From positions 4,928,001-4,992,000 of the forward strand of contig OY764216.1 in NCBI GenBank assembly GCA_963668315.1: DNA of 64,000 bases. Reading direction: 5' to 3'. The position numbers were made by a program, and so were the translations under genes. The notes under the pieces are model-generated. The model was not told the DNA's origin, made no database searches, and saw only the letters and a list, made by a program, of their open reading frames with translations. Of this stretch, positions 19,150 to 28,839 are shown one piece after another. The DNA is from Spirochaetia bacterium (GTDB lineage: Bacteria > Spirochaetota > Spirochaetia > DSM-2461). Numbering within the stretch: position 1 is the first letter of the stretch; every line of letters begins with the position of its first letter.

Positions 19150-20283
19150 TTATGCTGATAAATCCCCCATTTCCACAACAGGCAGTTTCTTCTCCCCGGG
19201 GAGCGTAAGCTGTTTCTGTCCTGTAAAGTGGTAGCCCTTCTCTTCGCTGAGAGGCCAGATAAGTGGTTTGATAAAGGAGAGACAGGCTTCAAAACCCTGT
19301 TCGATGGCCATTTCATTTTCTGTTCCCTTTGAATTCTGTCCTTCGTTCTCAATGGAAAAAGCTCCCGAATAATCGATTTTCATCAGATAGTCGAGAAAAG
19401 AACGCCAATCCATGGAGTCCGATCCGCCGAATCCGGGGACCATGGCTTCATAGGAGAAACGGTCCCATTCACTGGAAGGAACGGGAACCCCGGCGGCTTC
19501 GGCCAGTTCTCTGCCGACAAGCTGCTTGCCGAACACATGCCCCCAGTGGATGGCGCCGGAATCGTTCCTCATCCGGGATGTTTTCAGGTGGATCTGCTTG
19601 ATGCGGGACATATCGCTGTTCTTAAGGACATCCACCGGATCGAGAAACTGCCAGATGTCATGACTCGGATCGTAAGTCTCCCCGTGGGCGGGACTGGGAA
19701 TAAGATGATACATAAGCTTTCGGGCGGCCAGGGTGGACGTGAGGTTGTTCATGGTGCCGCTGTAACCGGCGGCCCTCCACCCTTCCATGGGGCAGTTCTC
19801 GTAGATTAGGGTAACGCCCAGATCCTCGGCATATTTCACGATGGGGCTGAAAACCCTTTTGTACTCGTAAAGATTCTTCTCAAAGGACCCTTCCTCCAGA
19901 TCCCATTGGTGGTTATAACCGACGAAAGTCCCCACCCTTATCCCGTTGGCGTCACCGCCCAGTAGCGCCGCGATACGAATCAGCTTGAGCAGGTGGTTCT
20001 GGTTTTTCAAGCGCTGGTCTTCTTCTCCCCCGATAAGGTTCTCGAACGCCCCGATGGAAAAACGCAAGCCCGCCTCATTAAACTTCTCCAGAGTTCTCTT
20101 CGCCCTGTCCGCATCGAAGTTATCGTATTCCAGATGGGTTGCCACGTGATCGGAACGGGTTCCGTCCCCTCTGAAAACGCACAACTCAAGCCCCTGCAGA
20201 CCAAGGCGGTCAGCTATTGCTATCAGCTGCTCCTGATCCTTACCGGGATAGGCCGAACTCATTAACCAAACGGGATTATTCAT
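19150..20283 (-). CDS. Sugar phosphate isomerase/epimerase, xylose-isomerase-like TIM barrel
   Basis: GLELC, YENCPM, YDPSH, IHLK, FSIENE metal-ligand pattern. Confidence 0.8.
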   Translation of the reverse strand: MNNPVWLMSSAYPGKDQEQLIAIADRLGLQGLELCVFRGDGTRSDHVATHLEYDNFDADRAKRTLEKFNEAGLRFSIGAFENLIGGEEDQRLKNQNHLLKLIRIAALLGGDANGIRVGTFVGYNHQWDLEEGSFEKNLYEYKRVFSPIVKYAEDLGVTLIYENCPMEGWRAAGYSGTMNNLTSTLAARKLMYHLIPSPAHGETYDPSHDIWQFLDPVDVLKNSDMSRIKQIHLKTSRMRNDSGAIHWGHVFGKQLVGRELAEAAGVPVPSSEWDRFSYEAMVPGFGGSDSMDWRSFLDYLMKIDYSGAFSIENEGQNSKGTENEMAIEQGFEACLSFIKPLIWPLSEEKGYHFTGQKQLTLPGEKKLPVVEMGDLSA

Positions 20284-20294
20284 ATCTACTCTCT

Positions 20295-21452
20295 TTACAC
20301 AGCTGCGATATCGACCCAGCAGTTTTTTTCCACACTCTCAATAATAGCTTCGCATAAAACCATTTCCATCGTTCCGTCGGCCAGTGTCGGGTAATCGCCA
20401 TGACCTTCTTTCCCATCCAGAAGGTCCGAGTAAAACTCCCGGAGCATATGCCTGAACGTTTCCCCGTACCCTTCCTGGTGCCCGCCGGGAAATACCGACA
20501 TGGAGCCGGAGCGGTCATGGAGGAGGGAGGGATCTTTCATGAGGATCTCATTGGGACCATCCCTGTGGCCTATTTTCAGGTTGTTGGGAGACTCCGAATC
20601 CCACGTATAGGAGACGTCCTTTCCGAACTGACGGAATTCCATAAAGTTCTTATACCCCGCCGAAACCTGGCTGACCGTAAGATTTCCCATGGCCCCCGTA
20701 TCGAAGGAGAACATGATCTGGGCATAGTCTTCCGTATCCACATTGTAGGAAACGTAGGAGGATGAATCCGTTCCCTTTGTGAAAGTCAGGTTCCTCCCGT
20801 CGGCGCTTTTTTTTCGGGAATCATACATCCGCCCGAAACGCGCATAAACACTCCGGATCTTTAATCCCGTTATGTACTGGGCCAAATCCATCCAGTGGGT
20901 TCCGATATCGGCAACGGCCCTGGATTTTCCGCTTTTTGCGGACTCCAGCCTCCAGCTGTAATCGGTCTCATAAAGCAGCCAATCCTGAAGATAGGACCCC
21001 TGCAAAGCGAAGATCCCACTCTTTCCTCCCTCAAGGTTGCGGGCCCTGATCTCCTGAGCCATGGGGTAATAGCGCAGGTTATAGTTGACGGCCCCTTTGA
21101 GTTTCTTCTTCTCCGCCAGACGCATCAGCTCCCCCGCTTCGGCTGATGTCAGGGCAAGGGGCTTTTCGCATAACACGTTTTTCCCGCCCTCGAGGCACTC
21201 CTTGACCATGGGATAATGGAGAAAGTTGGGGGTGCAGATATGGACGACATCAATATCGTCCCTTTCTATTATGTCTTTGTAGTTTCCAGAGTGAAAAGGA
21301 ATATTCAATCGGGCGGCCGCCGATGCGGCATCTTCTTCGGATACCCCGGCGATAGCCTTCAGTTCAGACAGTTCAGGATTCCTTCTTATCGCTTCTGCAT
21401 GGACAGGACCGATAAAACCCGTTCCGATAATCGCTATTCGAAGTTTCTTCAT
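20295..21452 (-). CDS. Gfo/Idh/MocA family oxidoreductase
   Basis: IAIIGTGFIG, ICTPNFLH, CEKPLA, DIGTHWMD; SD GAGGT before ATG 21452. Confidence 0.9.
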   Translation of the reverse strand: MKKLRIAIIGTGFIGPVHAEAIRRNPELSELKAIAGVSEEDAASAAARLNIPFHSGNYKDIIERDDIDVVHICTPNFLHYPMVKECLEGGKNVLCEKPLALTSAEAGELMRLAEKKKLKGAVNYNLRYYPMAQEIRARNLEGGKSGIFALQGSYLQDWLLYETDYSWRLESAKSGKSRAVADIGTHWMDLAQYITGLKIRSVYARFGRMYDSRKKSADGRNLTFTKGTDSSSYVSYNVDTEDYAQIMFSFDTGAMGNLTVSQVSAGYKNFMEFRQFGKDVSYTWDSESPNNLKIGHRDGPNEILMKDPSLLHDRSGSMSVFPGGHQEGYGETFRHMLREFYSDLLDGKEGHGDYPTLADGTMEMVLCEAIIESVEKNCWVDIAAV

Positions 21453-21595
21453 ATAGCCTACCTCTGGTCTGTAATATATGTATCTTAAGCCTATATATCC
21501 CATATGTCAACTTTTTTGTTTTATCATAGGACATATTTGTGCTATGATAGATTTATTGCTATTTTTTGGGAAAAAACGTATAGTTTAGTTTCTTT

Positions 21596-22810
21596 ATGAA
21601 CCAGAAAGATCTGATAACACCGAATACGACATCTCTTATCTATAATATTATCCGTCAGAACGGAGAAATCAACCGCATGGGGTTAACCCAGAAAAGCGGC
21701 GCCTCCAAATCGACCATCTCCCTGCAGATTAAGAAGCTTCTGGAGCTCGGGATGATTGAGGAGAAGATCCCCTCCGACAGCAGCCAGAGAAAACTCAAAC
21801 TGAAGATCAAGGAGGAGATCGGCTATGTGGCGGGTGTTTTCCTGGGTATTTCCAAGTTAAGCATTATCATTTTTTCTCTGGATATGAAAATCAAGTATGA
21901 GAAAATATCCCTGTTTGAGTCCATAGCAAATCCGGAGACGTGCAATAGGCAGATCATATCCCTCCTGAAATCCTTATGCGAAGAGAAGGGAATCAAGGAT
22001 CTGTGGGGAATCGGTATCGGTTTTCCCTTTCCGGTGAATTTTCCCGAAGGGAAGCCGGATTCCCCGCCCAACGTACCCCTGTGGGACGGATACCCCCTGA
22101 AGAACCTGTACGAAAAGGAGTTCGGCTGTCCGGTGCTGGTGGATAACGATGTGAATGTCATGGCCCTCGGCGAGGGCTATAAGGGGTGTACCGTAAACGA
22201 ATCGGACTTCCTCTTCATAAAGATCGGAACGGGCATAGGTTCGGGCCTTATCGTGGACGGGAAGATTTACCGCGGGGCCAATGGATGCGCCGGCGATATA
22301 GGCCATATCTCCGTAGACGGGAATTCCGTGGACTGTATCTGCGGGAACAAGGGCTGCCTGGAGGCGGTTGCCGGCGGCCGTGCCCTGGCGGCGAAGGCAC
22401 AGAAGCTGGCCGAAACCGGCGAGAGTCCTTTTCTGGCCGAACTCAGCAGGAATGTCCCCTCCCTTACCGCCGCCCATATAAACGAAGGGGCCATGTCGGG
22501 GGATCTGGCTTGTATCCAGCTGATAAGAGATACGGGAAGATTAATCGGCGAGGTTACGGCCAAGCTGGTGAATTTTTTCAATCCCTCCTCCATTGTTATC
22601 GGCGGCGGATTATCCTGCTTCGGAAACTTGTTCATCGGAGCCATACGGGAAACCATTATCCGCCGGTCACCCCATCTCGCCACCTATGAGCTCGGTATCT
22701 GCTTTTCAGAGCTCAAAGATAAATCGGGCCCCACCGGCGCGGGCGCTCTCATTCTCGACCATATCTTCTCCCCGGAGAATTTCGCCGAAACGGTAAGAAT
22801 CCACCTGTAA
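21596..22810 (+). CDS. ROK family transcriptional regulator
   Basis: N-terminal HTH; DNDVN, GTGIGSG, CICGNKGCLE zinc motif; divergent from the sugar operon. Confidence 0.9.
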   Translation: MNQKDLITPNTTSLIYNIIRQNGEINRMGLTQKSGASKSTISLQIKKLLELGMIEEKIPSDSSQRKLKLKIKEEIGYVAGVFLGISKLSIIIFSLDMKIKYEKISLFESIANPETCNRQIISLLKSLCEEKGIKDLWGIGIGFPFPVNFPEGKPDSPPNVPLWDGYPLKNLYEKEFGCPVLVDNDVNVMALGEGYKGCTVNESDFLFIKIGTGIGSGLIVDGKIYRGANGCAGDIGHISVDGNSVDCICGNKGCLEAVAGGRALAAKAQKLAETGESPFLAELSRNVPSLTAAHINEGAMSGDLACIQLIRDTGRLIGEVTAKLVNFFNPSSIVIGGGLSCFGNLFIGAIRETIIRRSPHLATYELGICFSELKDKSGPTGAGALILDHIFSPENFAETVRIHL

Positions 22811-22908
22811 CTTTTTTCAGAGGGACTCCTTCCTTAAAGATGTAAATCTTGCTGAAATAGAAAAAATCGAGTAGCATGAGCCATCAATCCCCAAGGAGTA
22901 GTCCCCGA

Positions 22909-24678
22909 ATGTCAGTGAACAGACAAAATCCCGTACCCAGCGACATTGAGATAGCCCAGAGTGCGGTTCTGCAGCCCATAGAAAAGATTGCGGAGAAACT
23001 GGGAATTTCCCGGGAAGCGATTATTCAATACGGAGCTTATAAAGGGAAAATAGATCTCCACTCTTCCGAAGTGGAAGAGCTGCTGTGCAGACCCCAGAGA
23101 GCCAGATATATCGACGTGACGGCCATCACCCCCACTCCCCTGGGCGAGGGTAAGACGACAACCGCCGTGGGACTGACCGAAGGAATGGCCTACATAGGAA
23201 AGAAAGCCTCCCTGGCCATCCGCCAGCCCTCCATGGGGCCCACCTTCGGGATTAAGGGCGGAGCCGCCGGCGGGGGCTACAGCCAGGTGGTGCCCATGGA
23301 GGATTTCAACCTGCATCTGACGGGAGACCTCCATGCCGTCACCGCCGCCCATAATCTCTGCGCGGCCGCCATCGATGCCCGCATCTACCACGAAGAGAAG
23401 TGGAGCGACGCCTATTTTGAGAAAATCGGTCTGAAGAAACTGCACATAGACCCCCATCAGGTGACCTGGCGGCGGGTGATGGATATGAACGACCGGGCCC
23501 TCAGAAATATGATCACGGGCTTGGGTTCCTCCGCAGACGGCCCCATGGGGCAGAGCGGTTTCGATATTACCGCAGCCAGCGAGCTTATGGCGATTCTGGC
23601 CCTGTCCCGGAACCTCAGGGACATGCGGGAGCGGATAGGACGCATCATCATAGGATACAGCCGCCGGAAGGAGCCGGTAACCACCGAAGACCTGCAGGTG
23701 GCGGGCGCCATGACCGTCCTCATGAAGGACGCCCTGAATCCCAATCTGCTTCAGACAATGGAGGAACAGCCGGCCTTTGTTCATGCCGGACCCTTCGCTA
23801 ACATCGCCCATGGGAACTCCTCTGTCGTGGCCGATCTTATCGGGGCCCAGTGCAGTGATTATCTTATCACCGAATCAGGCTTCGGAGCCGACATCGGCAT
23901 GGAGAAATTCTTCCATATAAAATGCCGTGTCTCCGGGCTGACGCCCCATGCGGTAGTCCTGGTCGCCACGGTAAGGGCTCTGAAGATGCACGGCGGCGGT
24001 CCGAATATCGCTTCCGGCGGTCCCCTGGCCCGGGAGTACAGGGAAGAACACCTGGAACTTCTGGAAAAGGGCATTGAGAACCTGAAGGCCCATATCGATA
24101 TAGCCCGCCGCTTCGGGGTTCCCGTCGTCGTCGCGGTTAATGCCTTTTCCACCGATACCCAGGCGGAGTGGGATCTGATAAGGGAGAAATCCCTCGAGGC
24201 GGGAGCCTTTGACGCGGTGGTCACCCGCCATTGGGAAAAGGGAGGCGAAGGAGCGGCCCCACTGGCGGAAGCCGTCTGCAGGGCGGCGGACAGTCCCTCC
24301 GATTTCCGGTTCCTCTATACCCTGGATATGACGATAAAACAGAAGATCGAAATCATCTGCAAAGAGATTTACGGGGCGGCGGAAGTCACCTACAGCCATA
24401 AGGCCGAAGCCAGAATCGCCCAGTATGAAAAAATGGGCTACGGGAACTTTCCCATCTGCATGGCCAAAACGCCCCTGTCCCTGAGTCATGATCCCCATCT
24501 GAAAAACAGGCCCCGGGGATTCACCTTCCCCGTTGAAGACCTCCGTCTCAGCGCGGGAGCGGGCTTTATCTACCCCCTGACCGAAGAGATCCGAACCATG
24601 CCGGGACTGCCCAGCAAGCCGGCTTTCATGGGGGTCGATCTGGATAGGGAGACAGGAAAGATACGGGGACTTTTCTAA
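22909..24678 (+). CDS. fhs: Formate--tetrahydrofolate ligase
   Basis: TPTPLGEGKTTT, GIKGGAAGGGYSQV, HAGPFANIAHG, ESGFGADIGMEKF, TMPGLP. Confidence 0.95.
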   Translation: MSVNRQNPVPSDIEIAQSAVLQPIEKIAEKLGISREAIIQYGAYKGKIDLHSSEVEELLCRPQRARYIDVTAITPTPLGEGKTTTAVGLTEGMAYIGKKASLAIRQPSMGPTFGIKGGAAGGGYSQVVPMEDFNLHLTGDLHAVTAAHNLCAAAIDARIYHEEKWSDAYFEKIGLKKLHIDPHQVTWRRVMDMNDRALRNMITGLGSSADGPMGQSGFDITAASELMAILALSRNLRDMRERIGRIIIGYSRRKEPVTTEDLQVAGAMTVLMKDALNPNLLQTMEEQPAFVHAGPFANIAHGNSSVVADLIGAQCSDYLITESGFGADIGMEKFFHIKCRVSGLTPHAVVLVATVRALKMHGGGPNIASGGPLAREYREEHLELLEKGIENLKAHIDIARRFGVPVVVAVNAFSTDTQAEWDLIREKSLEAGAFDAVVTRHWEKGGEGAAPLAEAVCRAADSPSDFRFLYTLDMTIKQKIEIICKEIYGAAEVTYSHKAEARIAQYEKMGYGNFPICMAKTPLSLSHDPHLKNRPRGFTFPVEDLRLSAGAGFIYPLTEEIRTMPGLPSKPAFMGVDLDRETGKIRGLF

Positions 24679-24718
24679 GTGTTCACCGTTGTACTGAATT
24701 TTTCGAAGGAGTAAGAAA

Positions 24719-24994
24719 TTGGAAGGAAAAGGAATAATAACCGTTGTCGGCAAGGACAAGGTGGGAATCATCTATTCGGTCACGAAAGTTCTGGCCGAGA
24801 ACAGGGTAAATATCGAAGATATCAGTCAGACGATTCTCCAGGATTACTTTACCATGATGATGCTGGTTAACCTCTCGGAAGTGAAATGTGAATTTCTGGA
24901 GCTTCAGAACAGGCTGGAAGAACTGGAAAAGGAACTGGGACTCTCCATCAAAATCCAGCGGGAAGAGATTTTCAATTACATGCATGAGATTTAA
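24719..24994 (+). CDS. ACT domain protein (UPF0237)
   Basis: [12 protein letters not shown]...NIEDISQTI...[11 protein letters not shown]. Confidence 0.85.
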   Translation: MEGKGIITVVGKDKVGIIYSVTKVLAENRVNIEDISQTILQDYFTMMMLVNLSEVKCEFLELQNRLEELEKELGLSIKIQREEIFNYMHEI

Positions 24995-25032
24995 TTCTCA
25001 CCGGTAGAAAGAAAAAGAGCGGGAGGCGCACA

Positions 25033-26391
25033 TTGGCAATACAGAAAAACGTCCTGGAAACCATACGGATGATTGAAAAGGAAAAACTCGATATAAGAAC
25101 CACCACCATGGGAATTTCCCTGATGGACTGTATCGATGGGAATGGGGAGAAGTCCCGACAGAAAATATATGACAAGATAACCCGTTACGCCGAAAATCTT
25201 GTCGCCGTGGGAAATCAGATCGAAACGGAATACGGTATCCCGATCATTAATAAACGGATTTCCGTAACCCCCATCTCCCTCATTGCTTCGGCCAGCGGAG
25301 ATAAGGATTATGTGGCATACGCCAAAACTCTGGACAAGGCCGCCCGGGAAGTGGGAGTCAACTTCATCGGGGGATTTTCGGCTCTGGTGCAGAAGGGCTT
25401 TTCCCAGGGGGATCGGATTCTCATTGACTCCATTCCCGAGGCCTTGTGTGAAACGGAGAGGGTCTGTTCGTCGGTGAACCTGGGAAGCACCAAGGCCGGC
25501 ATCAATCTGGATGCGGTCAAGCTGATGGGTAAAATCATCAAGGACACGGCTTACCTTACCCGGGACCGGGATTCCATCGGCTGCGCCAAACTGGTTGTCT
25601 TCGCCAATGCCGTGGACGACAATCCCTTTATGGCCGGCGCTTTCCACGGTGTGGGAGAGCCGGAAGCGGTCATCAATGTGGGTGTCAGCGGCCCGGGAAC
25701 GGTGAAACGGGCCATGGAAAAGGTCAAGGGCGAGCCCATTCAGGTCGTCACGGAAAATATCAAGAAAACCGCCTTCAAAATCACCCGGGCCGGTCAGCTT
25801 GTGGGAAACGAAGTCTCCCGCCGGCTGGGTGTTCCCTTCGGAATCCTCGACCTCTCCCTGGCCCCGACCCCGGAGATCGGCGACAGTGTGGCTCGTATTC
25901 TGGAGGAATTCGGCCTGGAAGCGACGGGAGCCCACGGAACCACGGCGGCTTTGGCCATGCTGAACGACGCAGTAAAGAAGGGGGGCATCATGGCCTCATC
26001 CTCGGTGGGCGGTTTAAGCGGCGCCTTCATACCGGTCAGCGAAGACGAAGGAATGATCCAGGCCGTACAGAACGGGGCGCTCACCATAGACAAGCTCGAG
26101 GCGATGACCTGCGTCTGCTCGGTGGGCCTGGATATGATCGCCATTCCCGGAGACACCCCGGAGACAACCATTTCCGGTATGATCGCCGACGAAGCCGCTA
26201 TCGGAGTCATCAATAACAAGACGACAGCCGTGCGGGTTATTCCGGTACACGGAAAAGACGTGGGCGATACCGTTGAGTTCGGCGGCCTTCTGGGATACGC
26301 ACCGATTCTTCCGGTGAGCAAGTTCAGTTCTTCCGATTTTATCAGCCGGGGAGGCCATATCCCGGCGCCGATTCACAGTTTTAAGAATTAG
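25033..26391 (+). CDS. UPF0210/DUF711 protein (PFL-like fold)
   Basis: [55 protein letters not shown]. Confidence 0.9.
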   Translation: MAIQKNVLETIRMIEKEKLDIRTTTMGISLMDCIDGNGEKSRQKIYDKITRYAENLVAVGNQIETEYGIPIINKRISVTPISLIASASGDKDYVAYAKTLDKAAREVGVNFIGGFSALVQKGFSQGDRILIDSIPEALCETERVCSSVNLGSTKAGINLDAVKLMGKIIKDTAYLTRDRDSIGCAKLVVFANAVDDNPFMAGAFHGVGEPEAVINVGVSGPGTVKRAMEKVKGEPIQVVTENIKKTAFKITRAGQLVGNEVSRRLGVPFGILDLSLAPTPEIGDSVARILEEFGLEATGAHGTTAALAMLNDAVKKGGIMASSSVGGLSGAFIPVSEDEGMIQAVQNGALTIDKLEAMTCVCSVGLDMIAIPGDTPETTISGMIADEAAIGVINNKTTAVRVIPVHGKDVGDTVEFGGLLGYAPILPVSKFSSSDFISRGGHIPAPIHSFKN

Positions 26392-26404
26392 ACCAGCCTC
26401 CTTA

Positions 26405-26449
26405 AGAGAAAGGACGGAAAGAATAAACCGTCTATTCCGTCCTTTCTCT
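26405..26449. terminator. Terminator hairpin after the fhs operon
   Basis: Perfect 15-bp stem AGAGAAAGGACGGAA / TTCCGTCCTTTCTCT. Confidence 0.7.
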
Positions 26450-26496
26450 ATTCACAAATAGTTCACAAAGTCCTGAATAGGCTTTAGAATACTTCC

Positions 26497-27597
26497 ATGC
26501 CGTCCACCCTGGATTCTTTCAGCATATTAAGCAGTTTCTTCATCGCCGCCGGAGGCTTTTTCTGCGTGATCTACTCCCTGCTTCAGACGGCGGCCAATAG
26601 GAAGCACGAGACGATATATTTCATGCACGCCGGATTTTTTCTGGCCATAGGAATAAGCATACTCAGCGACGCCGTCTCGCGGCCCGGAACGGCCTTCCTG
26701 GCTCCGGCCCTTCTTTATGTGAACTATCCCCTCGATTATCTCCTGCCCGTGATTCTCTACTTTTACATTCGCCTTCTCTTTGAGGAAATCCGATTGCAAA
26801 AGGTCCATCTCCTCCTGCTCCTTCCTGCCCTGTTGGTCGGGATGGCCTTCCTTCCCTACTACGTCCTGCCCGGGGATGTGAAACTTATGAATTATCCGCT
26901 GAATGATTCATCCTGGGTTCCGGTCAGTTTCATTGTCCGATACGTGGATTACGGGATTTTCATATGGATGTTCCTTTCTCTCCTTCTGACTCTCTACAGG
27001 ACTTACTTCTATCTTTTCAGCGGCATAAGACAGGTGAAGGGTATATTCATCTACCTCAGTCTGGGCGGTCTTCTGGCGGCCTCCCTCATCGTATCGAATT
27101 TTACAGAAAATAATGTACACTACCGGATCAATATGCTTTTCATGATCGCCCTCTTGCTCAGCCTGGCATTCATGACCGTGAGAAACCCGGATTTTTACCT
27201 GAAGATAAGAAGGAAGAGCAGTGAAATCCGCTACGCCCGTTCCCAGGTCCAGTCGCTTAACCTGGAAGGGATCATGGAGCGGATAGAAGACCTCATGAAG
27301 CTGGAGCATCTTTACCGCGACCCCGTCCTGACGGTGGAAATGCTAAGCTCACGGCTGGGCATAAGCAGGCAGCAGCTTTCGGAAATCATCAATACCCGAT
27401 ACGATCAGAACTTTAAGACCTTCATCAACTCCTACCGGATCGCAGCAGCCATGGAGGAACTTACCGAAAACAGGGAGTCCACGGTCATAACCATTGCCAT
27501 GGACTGCGGGTTCAATTCCAAATCCACCTTCAATAAGGTTTTTCAGGAAACCACAGGAATGACTCCCACCCAGTGGAGAAAGAAAAAGGACGGGTAG
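26497..27597 (+). CDS. AraC family regulator with N-terminal multi-pass membrane domain
   Basis: About 7 hydrophobic segments, then LYRDPVLT...IAMDCGFNSKSTFNKVF. Confidence 0.85.
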   Translation: MPSTLDSFSILSSFFIAAGGFFCVIYSLLQTAANRKHETIYFMHAGFFLAIGISILSDAVSRPGTAFLAPALLYVNYPLDYLLPVILYFYIRLLFEEIRLQKVHLLLLLPALLVGMAFLPYYVLPGDVKLMNYPLNDSSWVPVSFIVRYVDYGIFIWMFLSLLLTLYRTYFYLFSGIRQVKGIFIYLSLGGLLAASLIVSNFTENNVHYRINMLFMIALLLSLAFMTVRNPDFYLKIRRKSSEIRYARSQVQSLNLEGIMERIEDLMKLEHLYRDPVLTVEMLSSRLGISRQQLSEIINTRYDQNFKTFINSYRIAAAMEELTENRESTVITIAMDCGFNSKSTFNKVFQETTGMTPTQWRKKKDG

Positions 27598-27644
27598 GGA
27601 AAAGAGAGATCACGGGGAATTGTTCAGAGCAAAACTCCGCTCCC

Positions 27645-27977
27645 CTACTCGGTTACCATAAAGGCCTTGCTGCAGGAATACATTATTCCTGTAGCATCCG
27701 CGGCAATAAGGGTCAGAACGTGAATTCCCGGACACAGCCGGGAGGGAATCAGCTCATGGGAAACGGAAATACCATCCAGCACTTTTCCGTCCAGGTACCA
27801 GTGATAAACGGTATAATCCTCGGGGTGGGATATACCGAAATTGACGCTTGGGACATCAACATCAATCGTGTCAGGTCCCACGATGGCCAACCTGTCTACA
27901 CCTTCAGGATTCATGGTTATATCGATGGCCCGATCCGCCGTCCATTCGGCATCAAGAGTTATATTATCCTCCGTCAT
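27645..27977 (-). CDS. Hypothetical protein, possibly the C-terminal remnant of a surface protein
   Basis: SD AAGGAGA; beta-rich sequence with YHWYLDG; no signal peptide. Confidence 0.45.
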   Translation of the reverse strand: MTEDNITLDAEWTADRAIDITMNPEGVDRLAIVGPDTIDVDVPSVNFGISHPEDYTVYHWYLDGKVLDGISVSHELIPSRLCPGIHVLTLIAADATGIMYSCSKAFMVTE

Positions 27978-28147
27978 AACAATAATATCTCCTTCAGAAA
28001 AGACTTAACCCTGACCGTCGGTAGAATTATGTTCATTATGAAAAGAGAAGAGTATCCGGTCGTCCGAAATGAGCATTTGAGACTGTTTTTGGTGAGATTT
28101 ACCTGTATTATCGGATAGAAACGGTTATATCCGGTTCGGGATGTGTT

Positions 28148-28699
28148 CTATTTCTCGAATCGGCTCAGGATTTTCTCACACTCAGAAAGCCACCTTATAT
28201 AGGATTCCTCCCGCATGACAGCTCCTTTAAGAACCAGATAGTCACCCAGGGATTCGTCAAAATGCTTACCGATCTGCGGATCTTCCTTTTGTTTCGCATC
28301 AAGCATGGACGTAAGCTTTTTCATCTTGAGCTCTCGTCTGCTCAGCTGTTCTCTTAATAGAAAAAGGGATTCGTTCTCCCCTATTATTTCCGAAAAGAAC
28401 AATTGCAGCCGAAAAGTATCTTTGGGGGTAGGCTCCAGCTCAAAAGGAGTGGAAAGCCATTTTACCAGTTCTTCCTCCCCCTCCTCGGTCAGCCGGTAGA
28501 ATTTCTTCTTAAGCATGGTGCCCTTGGTATCGGTCTCATAGGTGATAAGACCTTCTCCATGAAGTTTTTTTAATGCCGGATAGATCTGCCCGTGTGTGGA
28601 GTACCAGAAATTATTCACGGTCTTGCTGAATTTTTGAGAAATATCATAACCGGTGAGGGGCTCCCTACTGAGTAATCCCAGAATGGCATATTTAAGCAT
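28148..28699 (-). CDS. PadR family transcriptional regulator
   Basis: MLKYAILGLL...TGYDI...FWYSTHGQIYPALKKL...YRLTEEG. Confidence 0.9.
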   Translation of the reverse strand: MLKYAILGLLSREPLTGYDISQKFSKTVNNFWYSTHGQIYPALKKLHGEGLITYETDTKGTMLKKKFYRLTEEGEEELVKWLSTPFELEPTPKDTFRLQLFFSEIIGENESLFLLREQLSRRELKMKKLTSMLDAKQKEDPQIGKHFDESLGDYLVLKGAVMREESYIRWLSECEKILSRFEK

Positions 28700-28769
28700 T
28701 TATCCTTCCTTATGGTTTCAATAGTATCTTCTATTTGATTTTTTGTCTTTAGAACGATAATAAATATTT

Positions 28770-28802
28770 ATGTTGACATCAACATGTTTGTGATTATATA
28801 CT
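28770..28802 (+). promoter_or_regulatory. PadR-type operator ATGT-N8-ACAT overlapping the -35 of the enoate reductase promoter
   Basis: ATGTTGACATCAACAT palindrome (28770-28785) contains TTGACA; TATACT at 28797. Confidence 0.75.
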
Positions 28803-28839
28803 ATTTTTATCGAATAAGTTTTTATGAGAAGGAATTGAG

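Noticed and set aside
22811..22908. ZTP or THF riboswitch upstream of fhs
   Set aside because: The region is short and holds only a promoter-like sequence and SD; no consensus elements.
27573..28118. 181-aa plus-strand ORF
   Set aside because: No SD or motif; it overlaps the minus-strand ORF, which has a strong SD.
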